Shown here in pieces: positions 12,478 through 26,500 of a DNA stretch of 64,000 nt. A program made the position numbers and the translations under genes. Below the pieces are notes generated by a model. The model saw only the letters and a list, made by a program, of their open reading frames with translations, searched no databases and had not been told where the DNA came from. Each line of letters opens with the position of its first letter. Position 1 is the stretch's first letter. Origin of the DNA: Chlorokybus atmophyticus (Eukaryota > Plantae > Mesostigma and Chlorokybus algae); the NCBI GenBank assembly GCA_009103225.1, contig RHPI01000026.1, forward strand, positions 615,210 to 679,209. The letters run 5' to 3'.

Positions 12478-13876
12478 CTGCGGTTGAATTGTCAACTTGC
12501 AACTTGTCGTATGCAACTCACAAGCGTACACAATAAGACACAACACGCAAGCACGCCTGCACAACTACCTAACATCAGCGTGCACAAAGTCAGTGTGCAC
12601 AGTGTAAACTTGTGTGTACACACGCATGTATTAAGCCCGCAAGAACAACTGTTTGCCGTATGCTTCCGAACACAGGTGTCCGCTATCAAAGCACATGTCT
12701 ATCACAGCTGCTGGCAGGCTGTGTCAGTTGAAGACAAGCGAGTACTGTACACTGCGTTGCGCACATTGACTACTGACATAAGCGTCCTTGTTGGACAACA
12801 TGACGATTGCACACTTGAGGATTGCACTATGATGTATTCAGTTGAAATAGACTAGACATGTTGTGACGCAGGAGGCAGCGGCGACAAGGTCTGCCAGCTA
12901 GCCAACAACAGGGAATGCGGGCTTTGCCTCTCTAGCTGAAACGCCTTCACATCAATGACAGTACCCACTGACTTGTAACTCTTGCTTCTCACCAACATCG
13001 CATGCTTGAATCATGTCACTTGGAGTGACGAAGGCATTGCACACTACCGTCAACATTACTTCGCATTGTTGCAGACAAGTTGTCTTCGACAAGACAGCGC
13101 CAACAACAATGCCAAACGATAAGCTGACAGCCTGTTTCAGGCTCAAGGCTGATTGTACGCTCAATCCGTATAGTTCGCCTGTAAGTAGTTACAGCTTGCA
13201 TTGCCACCAAGTGTGCGCGACATTGACAATCCGTATTGCAGGCCACAACTGGTCAAAACAGAAGCCACAGCAGCAAGCCTCACCTTAACCAACCGAGTGC
13301 AGAGAACTTGGCCGGGCGCTCCCCTGGCGCTTCGACCGTCCATTGGCGTCCAGCTGACTACAGATAAAATTTTCAAGCCTGCACAACCACTACCAGGCCA
13401 CACCAGGCCGAACCCAACCAGGCAGGTCACGTCAACGCCAGCTTGTTTGCAGCCAGCAAGCAGCTCCACTGACTAATCCAACGACACACGCGTCAACAAT
13501 AATGGCATCCATTCAATGTCACACACGACAGCACCCCGCAAGCCAACCACCATGATAACATCGCCACCGCTGCCGCCGCCGCCGCCACCGCCACCGCCGC
13601 AGCCAAATACACCCCTGTAAGACGAATACACCGCACAAAGCGACACGAACAAGCGTATCATGTTACACCAACAAACCGTCACGCGATACGCGGCACACAC
13701 CGAGGCAGGATCATACGGTTCACATTAAGGTATTGTGGTTCAGATTGCTCACTAGAGCTCATTCTATTGAACGAATGAACCCATGTGATCAGTGGATTTG
13801 TACCGTTCATACTGATCAGTATTGATCTCAAGAGTTGGTGACTGACCCCTCTAAAGTGAGTCTCTACCAGCAGGGC

Positions 13877-13891
13877 TGGCCCAAACCCTAG
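13877..13891 (+). promoter_or_regulatory. Site II-like element (GGCCCA) abutting a telo-box (AAACCCTAG) upstream of RPL24
   Basis: TGGCCCAAACCCTAG ~100 bp before the RPL24 ATG, plus two reverse telo-boxes (TAGGGTTT) in intron 1 at ~14105 and ~14193. This pairing is established for plant ribosomal-protein promoters. Confidence 0.7.
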
Positions 13892-13989
13892 CCGCCGCCT
13901 CCGCACAAACCCTCTTTCAGGGCGTCGCCGTCGCCGCCGCCGCGGGCACGGGAGGGGGAGGGGAGGGGCGCGTCGTTGCTGTCGTCGCT

Positions 13990-15423
13990 ATGGTGCTCAA
14001 GTAAGTGGTTGCTGGTGTCGTTGTCGTGAGCGGCGCTGTTGGGGTTCGTGAAGTCTGGGACAATGCGGTTGGGATTGTCCCTGTGGAGCGCCGGATTGTC
14101 TGGCTAGGGTTTCAGGCCAAGCTGCAACAGCAGTTGCAGCCTGGCCTGCAACCCGCAGACAGCTCACCGTTTTCTAAGTTGTGATCTCCGCGTAGGGTTT
14201 TGCTGCATTTGCTAAATGCATATCGCTGTTGGTTGGTCAATTGCAAATGGGTTATTTAGAATCAGTAGCGGGACGTTAGGTTCAATGTAGTAGGTGCCAG
14301 TGCATGATCTAGCGTCTTGTGAAGTATGCGCCTGAAGCTTTTGTTGACCTTTACAGCACATGCTTGCAGCTTGGGTACTGTGTCAAGCTGTGAGCTGTTT
14401 GGTCCAGCACAATACATCGATCGTAAATGGTCTTTGATCAAGTTAACATGGGCTGGGTTGTAAGCTCGTGCAAGTAGTTGATGGTGCTTGACGAATTGCA
14501 TATACATTGCTGTCAACTATTAGAGTTCGCGAGCGTGAGTCATGTCAAGTATTGACTGTGCATCACCTGAGTCTCTGCTAGGCTATGCACGTGTGGTTCT
14601 TGTATGCTGACTCGGGATAACACAACAGGACAGAGACCTGCCGCTTTAGCGGTCTTCGTATCTACCCTGGCCATGGCATGCGATATGTCCGCGGCGACTC
14701 ACAGGTTTGTAGCATCGTGCATTCTAGTTTTGGAATGCTGCCTTGGAGATTCAGCATGTATACCAAATTACGTTTGCGCATGTGTCTCTTCGTTAAGCTG
14801 TAGACAGGCATTGCTTGATGGCTGTAACATGTGCTGTGCGCAGATGTTTGTGTTCCTGAACGCAAAATGCAAGCGCTACTTCCACTTGCGCTTGAAGCCG
14901 GCCAAGCTCGCTTGGACTGTGCAGTACCGCAAGTCGCACAAGAAGGTCAGGCTGCCAACTATCATTTGCTCGCATGCATAACAATGCATGCGAGTGCAAC
15001 AGTGTTCATAGCAGAGCAAATCGTGTTCTGTTTATGAATGCCACATGTCAATAGGGCCAAGTTGAGGAAGTCCACCGCAAGAAGCGCCGCGCCAACAGCA
15101 AACCGTATCAGCGATCCATTGTCGGTGCATCACTGGAGGTGATCCAGAAGCGCCGCGCAGAGAAGCCTGAGGTCCGCGCTGTCAACCGCGACGCCGCACT
15201 TCGGTAAGCAATATGTTGTCAATGTTGTCAATGGTGCTCGGTTTATCTTGGGCTAATCTGTTCATGATACCTGGGCAGGGAAGTGAAGGAGCGCGCCAAG
15301 AAGACAAAGGAGGAGAAGCGGGTCAAGAAGGTAGAGACTCAGGCCAAGGCCAAGACCACCTCTGCCAAGGCGCCCACCCGCTCTCAGGCACCCAAGGCAG
15401 GTGCCAAGGTTGGCAAGCGGTAA
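13990..15423 (+). CDS. RPL24: 60S ribosomal protein L24 (eL24), five exons
   Basis: MVLK|[25 protein letters not shown]|[34 protein letters not shown]|..[24 protein letters not shown]..|EVKER..KR*. Confidence 0.97.
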
Positions 15424-16200
15424 ACATTGCTTGCTCGCCAGACCATATTGTAGAGTGGACGTGTATGCTGTTGTTGAAGCAGGTTTCGCACATGCTCTTG
15501 TTGCTTTGTGCACAACCTGTGGTTGGACCCCGTGAGAGGACCATTGCTTGCGTGCACCAGTGGCGTCTGGCAGCAACAGCTGCTCCTTGTACATGCATTG
15601 CTGCTTGCACAACACTATCAGCCCTTTGCGCAGATGGGGATGCTTGGCATACTTCAGCAGCTTCTCTCAGATTTTTGTTCGGGCTGTGCGCACAGTTGTG
15701 ACACAGCCTTACTGTAGTTCCGCGCCATTCAACATGCAGTGCTTGTCCGCTCTGGTGATTGAGAGAGCCTCTCTTAATCCCTGAGGCAGTGCGTGCATCC
15801 CATGCTCATCAGTATTGCTAGCTAGGCCCAAGCTATACAGCAGCAGCCGGACAAAGACTGGCTACCATACTTGTTGCATACAAATCACGATTACATAGCA
15901 CAAGGGGGACTGCGAAAAGACTGAATCCAGACCCTAGCGCTGAATGCACGCGTGCAATGTGATGAGGTAGAGTAGGGGGTGTAGTGCAGAGGCAGTGTGG
16001 GACAACGCCCTGCGCCACAGATCTGCAATCAGCTCCTGCCGATTGGCAGTACCATGGCAGTGGTGTGCTATGTTGCTGCCATGAGCTACAAAGCAGTCTA
16101 CTCCTTATGTACATGTGTACAGCGAGTCACACAGCAGCCTACCCCTTTTGTACATCTGCACATTATAGTCCCGAGGGGGGGGGGGGGGGGGGGGGGGGGG

Positions 16201-16350
16201 NNNNNNNNNNNNNNNNNNNNNNNNNNNNNNNNNNNNNNNNNNNNNNNNNNNNNNNNNNNNNNNNNNNNNNNNNNNNNNNNNNNNNNNNNNNNNNNNNNNN
16301 NNNNNNNNNNNNNNNNNNNNNNNNNNNNNNNNNNNNNNNNNNNNNNNNNN
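16201..16350. other. Assembly gap (150 N) flanked by G runs
   Basis: N run in the sequence. Confidence 0.99.
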
Positions 16351-16579
16351 GGGGGCGGGGGGATGGGCGGGATAGGTTTGTGTACAGGATGCGCGCGCGC
16401 GGTCGTTGTAAGTATGCCTTTCAGCGCCGCGCATCATATATAACAATTGACACGTATCTCAATGCCGCATACACGACCACCGGGCTATATCTCGAAATCT
16501 ACCTTCTACTCTACCCCTTCCTACCACCCCCAGCTAGTCATGCATGCATGCATCTACGGCAGTGGTAATCACTTGCACA

Positions 16580-19500
16580 GCGGCTGTGTGGTGCCATGGT
16601 GACTGCATCACAGGGCAAGCATTCGCACGTTTATTGCAGCACGGTTGCATGAATGTCGTTGTTAGCAAAGCACATGATGACTGATGCATCTCCTAGTGCA
16701 TATATGTCAATGATAGTTGCACGTGACAGCGCACAGGCTGCTGATTATGTGCATGACAACTTATCTGCAGACATGTCAACAACATGGTCTTGTGGACTGG
16801 TATTTACATTGCAGACCCCTATACAGTCAAGTACTTTACAGGTATGCAACAGCACAATATTGCTTATTAACTACCGCCCAGGCTGCCTACCCTTTGCAAA
16901 TTTGCAGCCATTGGGTTGTATGCTGGCTGCGGTAACCACACGTTGTGACACTAATATACATGAACTACAACAAAACTGGCCTTTCAGCTCCACATTGCTA
17001 CATTGCTTACACACACATGTACACACTCTTAACAGCGAGTGTAGACGGGGCAGCCGCCCGCGGGACACCGTGCTGGACAGCTTGCTGGCTTGGTGAGCGC
17101 AGTGGAGTTGGCAGTCTATCGACACACATAAAGAGGGTGTGTCACTCCCATTATTTAGAAAGAGTGACTGAGAGACATGTGCAACATGTGTACACTTACA
17201 TCGATGCCTGCGGGTGATGGACACGCCGTCCCTCCGCCCGCTACATCATTCTACAAGCAAAAGCATAACAGTTAAGAGAGTATGTGCAACTCACAACCAG
17301 GCCAGCCAACCCCTGTCAGCATGTTGTTGTGTAAATAACTACAACAACAATGAAGTGTACTCACCCCGCCGCCACCAAAGTCCCCAATTTCCGCTACATT
17401 GCGGTTCGGTCCTTTCCCAAACGTGCAATAGTTGAAAGCTGAGCGGCCCTGCTCGTATAGACCCGTAGAGACACCGCCGCCGACACCGCCAGCGCTGCCT
17501 GGAAGTTGCTCGCAGTAGTATACCACAGCCCTGTATGATGCAAGGAGAGTGTTTGCGTGTGCGTGTTTGCGGGTCTCACTATATGTCCAAATGTTGAGTG
17601 CATAATGTCTGCTTACTTGTTGCGGAAGAAAGAACATCTGTTGAAGCGTGCATAGTTGCCGTCGTTGATGTAAACACCAGCGCCGCTCTGCGTGCAATTC
17701 AGTATTGGTAAGCTCACCAACACCAAGCTTCTAGCAATTACAACACAGACAGCAACGTGCGTGCATGTGCATGTGCATGTGCATGTGCATGTGTGCGTGT
17801 GTGTGGTAGTATTTGCCAAAAGCTAGATGACACCAATCCATGGCATCGTGCAAGGCTTGCAACACTTACATAGGCAACATTGTCCTGGAACGTGACATCA
17901 GTAGCGAATAGGTTGCCTTTGGAGACGGACACAGCACCGCCTCTGAAGTCAACCTGTTTGCACACATGCATACACGCACACAGTAGTCAGTAGTATGGGC
18001 GCACAAGTCAGGAGGCGAAGCCTTCATGCACACAAGTGCGAGTGCACACAAACCACCACCACTCACGCATATAGAAAAGATGCAGTGCTTCAACACACCA
18101 TGTTGCATGTGTTGTTGGTGTTGGTGTTGGCTCCCTGTAAGACGAGGTTGGACAGCGAGAGCGAGCCACCCGTCTGGACAATAATGTTGCCCTGCTGGTT
18201 GCCATCAAGGGTCTTCCTCGCACCGCACCCGCGTATGAGCACGCTGTGCGTGATTTTGAGAGGGCAACATGTTGGGCAGGGGAATCCGTCACACAACTTG
18301 TCGACACAACATTTGGGCCAGGTGATGTCCTGGGCCACATTCACCACGCGGCGACGGCAGCCAGCTGGCGGGGGCGTTTCAACTGCATGCTTCAGTTCTT
18401 TGAAGGTCCTCACCACAACTGCGCAGGAGATGGTTCACGCTTGTTGGGTCAAGTCGTGTGTGGATGTGTGCGTCGCGGTGCGAGTCAGAGTGTTGGGTGA
18501 ATGTAATGCAGACTTACCTCCGCAAGCTGCCGCAGTTTTACGCCAAGGAGAGTTACGATGGTAGTTCCACAACAACGGCAGGCGTGAGTTGTCATCAACA
18601 CAATCCAATTGCAACCCATGACACTCAGAGTGTGCGTGCGCGCATGTGTGCATGTATGCGAATATGTGCGTGCAAACGCGTGCGTGCAAGCACACGTGTG
18701 CAATGCACACTCTGCATATGTATCATTACTTGGTGTTGTCGACTGGCATGCGGACGGACCACATATAGTTCCCGGGTCAACATGCCCACCAATGGTGCCA
18801 TCCTCACTCCACGCAATGAAGTCTCTGCTGTCCGATTGCACGCTCCCAGCAAACGTCACTGCCAGGAGTAGGGTGTGGTGGTGAGAGACTCCCAACACAG
18901 CTTGTGGACTTGTGCAACAGTGCATCACACATGCCGATCAGCTGCTCACCAGTGAATGTAGTCTTCAAGGCATTGGCGGGAAAGCCAAAGTTCCAGCGGA
19001 AGAAGTAGGAACCTATCTTGACAATCTGCACAGGCGGGTCGCTGCTTGCAATGCCTGAACACACACGTGCGCGTATTAGCTATCTGCTCTCCACATGCTG
19101 TCACTCTGAACACAGAAGAAAAGAGTTGTCACAGACAGACAAAGTCACATACGTGCACGCACGCACACACACACGCGCACCATCCAACACACCTACCCTT
19201 TGGTCCCCACTCTGGGAACTTTCCATTGGCCAAGCAGTCCGGGATCGAGATGGAGAAGCTGGTCAAGCGCGCGGGACGCTGCGTGGTCTTGCGCGTGACG
19301 GTGTACGTGAAGGTGGTCTCACCGCCGGACTGCGTCACTTGGGACTGGATGGTGTACGCACCAGATGTCACCGCAGAAGTGCAGACTGCAATAAAAAGAG
19401 GAGCACTTGTGTGTGGTGCATGCTGTGCACCACCACCACCACCACCACAGTATATACAAGCCATCATCCAACGCTGATAACTTGTATATGCTTATGTGCG

Positions 19501-20677
19501 TGCTATGCGTGCACGCAAGCGCGCCTTTGCTGACACGTGTGGTGTTTCATGGCGTTCGCAAGGAGTTTACACCAGTATTGCATTACAGCGGCAGGGTAGT
19601 GTACATGTACTGTCAACTTAACCCCGCTTGCTTCCGCAATTACATGCCGAGCAGAGATTCTGACGTCACCTGCGCTGCATGTGGCTGTAATGGCCAGCAG
19701 CAACACTGCGACAACCGCCAAACCAGGTGCTCTCGCCATGTTGAAGCTGCAGGAAATGAGCAATCAATAACCAGTTTGACACAATATAAACCGCTACCAT
19801 CGACAAGTTCAACTTTGAGTTGTTTGCACGGTCAACTGGTGACTGTGTGCATGCAAAAGGACAGCTGTCAACGTTTGAGTACGGGACTCTTGCATGCGGT
19901 TGAATTTCAGCCCAAAGCAGCATTTGCCTCAAGCAGGCTGCAGATATGCAAACTAAAAAACATGCAAAGTTGCTTGCTAGTTGACAATGACAGCAGTGTC
20001 GGCAGCCTGCCGTGATGTGACGTGATGCCCCAGTCACATCACGGCACATCTCACTGCCAACCATCTAATGGGCAGAGCAGGGCAGCAGCTGTGCTTGTCA
20101 ACCGACGAATGCAAGCTTCGCGAAGCACAATCGCATGCACAGCTGTTCTCAGCAAGGCGGTCAGTTACCAGCAAGCAAGCAAGCAGGCAGCGCAAATGAC
20201 CACACCACTGGCCAGTGCAGTGTACAGCAGCGCAGTAAGTAAGAAAGAAAGAAAGCAGTAGCGCACAGCTTGTGTGCATAGCCTCAAGCTGCAACGCTGT
20301 CATCAACTACCACTTACCACTAGGCCTACTGCTTCTCTGCAGCACCGCTGCCGCCGCAGGCATTCCCGTGAACACGACACCCACACTGCAGTGATATACA
20401 CATGCACTACTGTATGTTTGTCCGCTGCAGGCTTCGGCAGCAAAGCGCGTGCTGCTCCGCACTCGGTTAATCCGCCAACAGTATCGCAGGTTATTCGCAA
20501 CAACATGTAACCGCGTTACTGCGGCAGTTACCGCAAAATAATTAATGTATCCGGGTCAGCATGTGCTGAGCAGCTTGGCAAGCACTGCTTGGCAAGCGGT
20601 TGCGCAGCTGCATGCTGCATGCTGAGCATTGCTTGCGTGTCGGCTGCCTGACACAGGAGAGAATATGTCAGCACGGG
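16580..20677. repeat. Copy 1 of a ~4.1-kb direct segmental duplication (partner ~35600-39705); boundaries approximate
   Basis: Collinear similarity across exons, introns and flanks, e.g. gcgcacaggctgctgattatgtgcat and gcttggcaagcgg.tgcgcagctgcatgctg in both copies. Confidence 0.9.
17029..19739 (-). CDS. Secreted Cys-rich parallel beta-helix (pectin-lyase-fold/Pmp-repeat-like) protein, paralog 1
   Basis: Signal peptide MARAPGLAVVAVLLLAITATCSA. Repeats RGGAVSVSKGNLFATDVTFQDNVAY, GAGVYINDGNYARFNRCSFFRNK and GGVGGGV..SAFNYCTF (GGA(I/V)/FxxN type). Ends CPAGGCPVYTRC*. Confidence 0.75.
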
Positions 20678-21946
20678 CACCCCGGCGGCGAATGAAGAGA
20701 TACAGGGTGGATCTAATTGCTGTGGATAATAGGTACCTTGCAGGATGGCAGTGTCCATAAGTTAAAGTTGTTGGTCGATCGGTCAGCTCAGCCACCTTCA
20801 CAAAACGATCTAGATAAGTAACCATTGAGTTGCGCGATGGGAAACGTACAGGTGGAAGTGCTGGCTGGTCAACCAATTGATCATACTTAAGCATGAAATC
20901 ATCAACTCTCACATGCCGCACACAAAAGAACAACTGTTGCAATTTTCCTAGTGGATAGCGGTGCTGACAAAACCACCATCATTACCTTGGCATAGAATAC
21001 GTGTGGGCAAAGGGGAAGGCAAACGAGGGGATGTACTGCGGAGGCAGCGTTGGACAGCAATCTGCGCCATTGTGTCGTTATCGGATTTAGCAAAGGCTAG
21101 TGGTGTTGTGCAGGACAGGTCCGAGGGTTATGTTGTCTTGCACATATGTAGAAGGGGACGTGCTTTTTGGACGGGATGTTGTAACATGCTGAAACGTGAT
21201 TGAAAAAGTAAATAGTATGCTTGTTGCTATGCTTGTAACCGGCTTTCGCTAGCATATGCGCTGATCAAATACTAGAATGACCAAGTCACCTTCCACCATA
21301 GTATACATGTTGTGCCATGAATGAGACAGTCAACAAATCACTGCTATAGATTGTGCTGTTTACACAATTTACAAAAGTGGGTCATGAACTACACTGTTTA
21401 TATAAGGTGATTGAGCACGGAACTCGTGGATGTAATGCCCTGACTGATGCTGACATTTACACCGTCAAACAACCACCACCAAGCTCACATCATGTGACAA
21501 GCAATGTGCACAAGAGCATGTATAGTCTCTCATGCGCTAAGGGATTCTTGGCAATCGAAATGGTTGTACTTTCATATTTGAAGTGCAGCCTGCGCTGTAG
21601 AAGGATTGATTACCCTACTTGTGGCTTGTGCAAAAGTAGTGTTCCATCTTTGCAACGAGGTCGTTGCATAGCAAGTGGGGAGGAATGTCACGCGGATAAG
21701 GCTGGCGACAGGTTTTTTTAGTTAATTACTTTGATAGTAAGATTGTGGCTGCGGGATCATCCCAATGACTATCCATGTGGACGTATCGCTTAATAGACCA
21801 TATCGTCTATCACTGCTTGAAGATGTGTAATGTATGATAGATTGAACCCCACAGTCACGTTCAAGTTTCTCGAGGATGATTGGGCCTGATTACACAAGGC
21901 ATTGATGAGGGCTAGCCCAGAGCTAGCTAATGCCTATGGCCATATG

Positions 21947-23436
21947 TGACACGGGGGCCCTTTTTCTTACCTCCATGTGACTTACTCGGATGGCAAAGGG
22001 TACGTTGGTTCATTCAGACACTTATTAGCGACTTTGTTTACACGCCGAATGACTTCATTCGGCAAGCCCTATATTCGGACTTGGGCGGCTCCGCCAATTT
22101 CGCATCAATTCGCAACTTCGTGTTTCCCACCGATACCTATCTCGGCTTCACTTTTCCCAATCTAGAAGTTCACTTAGCGACTTCGCCGAGAACCATTCTC
22201 TCATGAATGAACTTCTTCACTCCGGCTAAGGACAGCGCGGTCAGGCACCTAAGAGTGGGAGGGAAAAGGAGAACTACCAGCCAACTGGGCTTGTAGCTCC
22301 CCCTCACCTCACATTGGATTGAACTCACTTGACCTAGTTAAGCGAGGTGGCGTGTTTGAAACTGGTCGTGAAACTCGCATACCTTTTCAATTTGCATAAA
22401 CATACTTGTGGTCGTAGGATCGGCGGATGCCTTGGCTTACATGCAAGTAGCAATTAAATACTCAATCACTTGCGATTTCTTACACCGTCGTAATTGAGTG
22501 TTTTTACGTGCGTGCCAAGTGGGAGTCAAGGACTTGGAAATTTTCGCAACTCTGCGAAGCTAGCTTTACTCGCACGCTCTCTTCTATGGCCGCAAGGACA
22601 CTGCGTATTTCTAACTACTCGGCCCTTAAGTAAGGATCATTGATTGATTTACTTTGAATCAGCATATGTTGCAAGTAAACTTGCGCCCTTTGATTAGTTG
22701 TTTGTCCCAAATGCCTATGGGGATCCTTTGCTGGCTCTTTCCAACTATTCCGCACTATAAAACTTGCACATATGTGCTATGCTTCGAGAAGACCGTTTGC
22801 ATTAATGTGATATGAGAGTTTCGCATGATGCAGGGCTTTAACACCGGGTGTGACCTCCAACACCGTGCACCTTCTCAGTTCCCAATTGAGGTGGGGAAAT
22901 TTCCTCAGCCTTTAAAGTGTCATTAGTAACGGCAATGATGCAATTGCATACCCCAGATTCTCGCAAGGTCAGCTCCATTACATCAACCAGATTGGGTATA
23001 TTTTGGGTTGTCCCCAAAAACAATTTGAAAAACGCTTATCAATCATAGCGAAAGACCGCCCAAGATAAGCCCACATTCATTTATTCGATCAAATGCCTTT
23101 GCACGATTCAATAGCTTCTCCGTCCCTCAAATATGATTCAACCACCGCTTTATGGGTAGTTTGCGCTTGGCTTACTACCATATTCATGGGTGACAGTTGT
23201 AGCAGGTTGGTACCTACTTAAGTTAACTGTAGAAAGTGGATCTGCCACCATGCGTGAGTTCGCTTACGTGTGGTGTCTCATTTTCCACTCTTGGTTGCAA
23301 GTCCCTACCATGGACTTAAGCAATGCTTGCACGCTTACACTTAGCCACATAACTGTTAACTTCCTAATTCAACATTAATTAACCCACTAGTTCATTACTT
23401 ATACAATGCACACAGCTTACAATTAGCTTCGTGACA
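21947..23436 (-). repeat. 3' LTR of the chromovirus (1490 bp)
   Basis: Aligns to 30846-31638 plus 33817-34544. Begins TGTCACGAAGCT on minus right after the PPT. Confidence 0.9.
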
Positions 23437-23589
23437 TTCCTCCCCCTTCTACTTTAAAGCGGCCTCAAGAGGATTTCACACTTTAAAAATAACAACGCCA
23501 TAAGATTGGAACGGCGACAAGTGCAATTCCATGAAGTAAGCTGACTCGGGGATTGGAGGGCTTATTCATTCAACGGAACATAATTTACC

Positions 23590-26500
23590 TTCGTCAACTT
23601 GAGGAATTCTTGCAACAACTTGAAACAGTTATCAACAACTTGAATTACACGGTGCGGTTCCCAAGTATTACGTTCCGGTTCATAACCCTTCCACTTTATG
23701 AGCTACTCGAGATTGCGTTTTTTTCGAGCTCGGCTCGCCAATATGGCCTGTACTTTATAATACATTCCGAGGTCCAATTCAACCACAGGCGGAGGCGGTT
23801 GGACCCTTCCTTTAAAACGGTTATTCTTCAAAAGCGAATCATAAAATACGTCATGTATATCCATGTTCGGCGGCAGTTTTAATTAATATGCCGTGGGCCC
23901 AATCTGTTCCAACACCTCAAATGGCCCAAGCCATCGGAGTGTGAATGCTGATGTGCCCCTTTGTGTAAGCCAAATGTGCTTGGCATTTGGCTTAAACAAT
24001 TATGCCCCACTTCACATGCTAAGTCACTTCGCTTTCCTTCCGCATAGAGTTTATGACAGCTTTAAGCTTCATTAAAGGCGTTCTTTAATAACTTTATAGT
24101 CCGTTGCATCTCTTGCACAAAGGTTACCGCTCTAGCATTCCTTTATGACCTCAGCTTGGATAACTCTGTTTCCGCCGGGCTCATTAGATTTTGTTTTAAA
24201 ATACATATAAATACTGGGGTTACAGGTTGACTTACTAAGCGAATTACTCAGCGCGAATTCTATCCAAGGCAAAATTTACCCTAACCATCTTGCACACTAG
24301 TCACAGAGTGCCAAATGGTTTGTTCAATTACTTGGTTCATTCGTTCGGTTTAACCATCGGTTTGAGGATGATACGCGGTTGATAGCGAGTGTGTCCACAA
24401 GGATATGATGGGAGTGACGTCATTCCAATGAAATCTTGGTGTTCACTCACAAATGAACTAGTAAACCGCGAATCTCTATCGGATTCCATATGTTTCGGTC
24501 TGCTTACAGCACCGACGGAAACACTCTCCTAGCTCGCATTGGGAACTTGGAGCGGTTGTAATAACCCACCGGGCTTACTTCGCAACGGCTGATTTCATTT
24601 ACGCATATCACATGACTTCATGAATTCCTCCGTATATATATACCGAATTTTGGCCACCAATAAGTCATACCTTATTGTTCAAAGGTTTGCCGATTTCAAA
24701 GTGGCCTTACGGGGAATCATGCGATTCGGTTAAGCACCTTTTGCTTACATTGCCGGAATTGGGTACCATCACCCTATCATTGCAAGATCAGCATCCGTTC
24801 AACTGTTGAACTTTGGTACCTCCGAATATCGCCTCAACGAAACCCGGGTGTTCAATATAGGCTAACTCATTTCCTTTCTTGAGTCCCAAATCTGACTTAA
24901 CGGTTTGTACTTTGGACCACGTTAACCAAAAGTGTGGGGCTTTGACTTAAAGGGTCGGCAGCATTTAATCTATCCAGCCTATATTCCCATTTGAACTTGT
25001 ATACGTATCGCGAGAACAGCTCCATCCAACGAACTTGGCAAACAATAAGTCTAATTAAACTAAGGTTGAGTACTTAAGTGTACCAAGCGGTTATAACCGT
25101 AAATTCATTTCCCTCCAAGTAACACCGCCACTTGTTTAAAGCTTTCACAACCCCCAACAATTCGTGATCGGATGTTCAATAGTTTTTTTCCATGGGTTTG
25201 TATCTGAAGCTATCAAACACCACTGGATGATTGTTTTGCATAAGAATTGCGTCGGTCCTTATAAGCGAGGCATTGGTAACGATTTCAAATGGCAGCGACA
25301 TATCGCGCAAGATTGGAACCGAAGTGAGGGCCTTTTTCAGGTCGGTGAATGCCGTTTGTGCCTTTGCATCCGAGTCATATGGTAACTGTAACGATTATTT
25401 GAAAGATAGCAAGACTGCAATAATTAAATAAACGAGTACAAATTCATGAAACCATAGGCTAAGGCCTAAATCGTTGCAATTCCTCCAAGTTATTGGGTGT
25501 CGGCCAATTGATTGCGGCACCAGTTTTCTAGAGATCCGCTCGAACCCCATCGTCATCTGCCAAGTTTCTCAAGTAGTTTACTTTGCGTGTGAAGTGAAGT
25601 GAAGAAGGTACTCCTCTTAAAATTTGCTAAGAATTGGTGCTCTTCCAAACGGTCTAGTACTAACCTAGCATGTGCAATATGCTCTTAACGGTTCTACTGT
25701 AAGTCATTATATTATCGCATTACACCAAAACCAATTATTCGATATAATCCCTAAACACTTCGGTCATAACTATTAAGAAGGTAGCCGGCGCATTACTTAG
25801 GCCGAATGGTATCACCCAAAATTGAAAATGATCAAGCGGTGGTAAAAATGCAGTGTTTTGAACATCAACTGGGTCCATCCAGATTTGATGGTAGCCGCTT
25901 CAAGCCTTAACAAGTTGTCAAGTGAAAGATGAAAACCAACCTTTACTTTGCAATCTGTATATAGGTCAATAATTTGAAGTAATGGATACTCATTTTTTAC
26001 TGTGATATTTTGAGTACTTGATAATCCACACACAACCCAAGCCTTTACCTTTGCCGCCACTTTTCTCGTTGAATAATTTGAAAGCCCCAAATGGTGAAGT
26101 AGATAGTTCAATTTATCCTTGTGCCAACAAAGAGGTGATTTGATTTTCCATATATTCCGCCAGGCTTAACCTATACATAGGCCTTATTGCGGGTAACTTG
26201 GCACCAGGTATCAGTGGGATGATGTGGGACGCAAATTGTTCCGGCGATAGGCAAGGTAATGCATTGAAAAAGACATGCTTATATTTGCGAACAATTTGAT
26301 GCACCAATTCCCACTTTATCTCTAATTTGGCTAACTCGTCTTCCTCCATTGTTCCATTGTTCACCGTGGAATTCAAGTATCGAATTAAGATAAGAGAGTT
26401 CCGACTCTTTCAGAAGCCTCACGATGAGATTGTCTTTTCCTACTAGGTGCATGTCGATATCGCTTTACTCCTTAAGTGATAGTGATACTCGGCAGCATCC

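Noticed and set aside
14001-14629. Intronic snoRNA in RPL24
   Set aside because: No RTGATGA/CTGA pair with a terminal stem and no H/ACA layout.
16170-16360. Poly-G run and ORFs spanning the gap (also poly-C at 56683-56790)
   Set aside because: Homopolymers border N gaps, so they are likely sequencing/assembly artefacts; ORFs through Ns are meaningless.
2484-20300. Many His/Thr/Cys/Val-rich ORFs in the six-frame track
   Set aside because: They are translations of CA/TG intron repeats or antisense frames of real exons.
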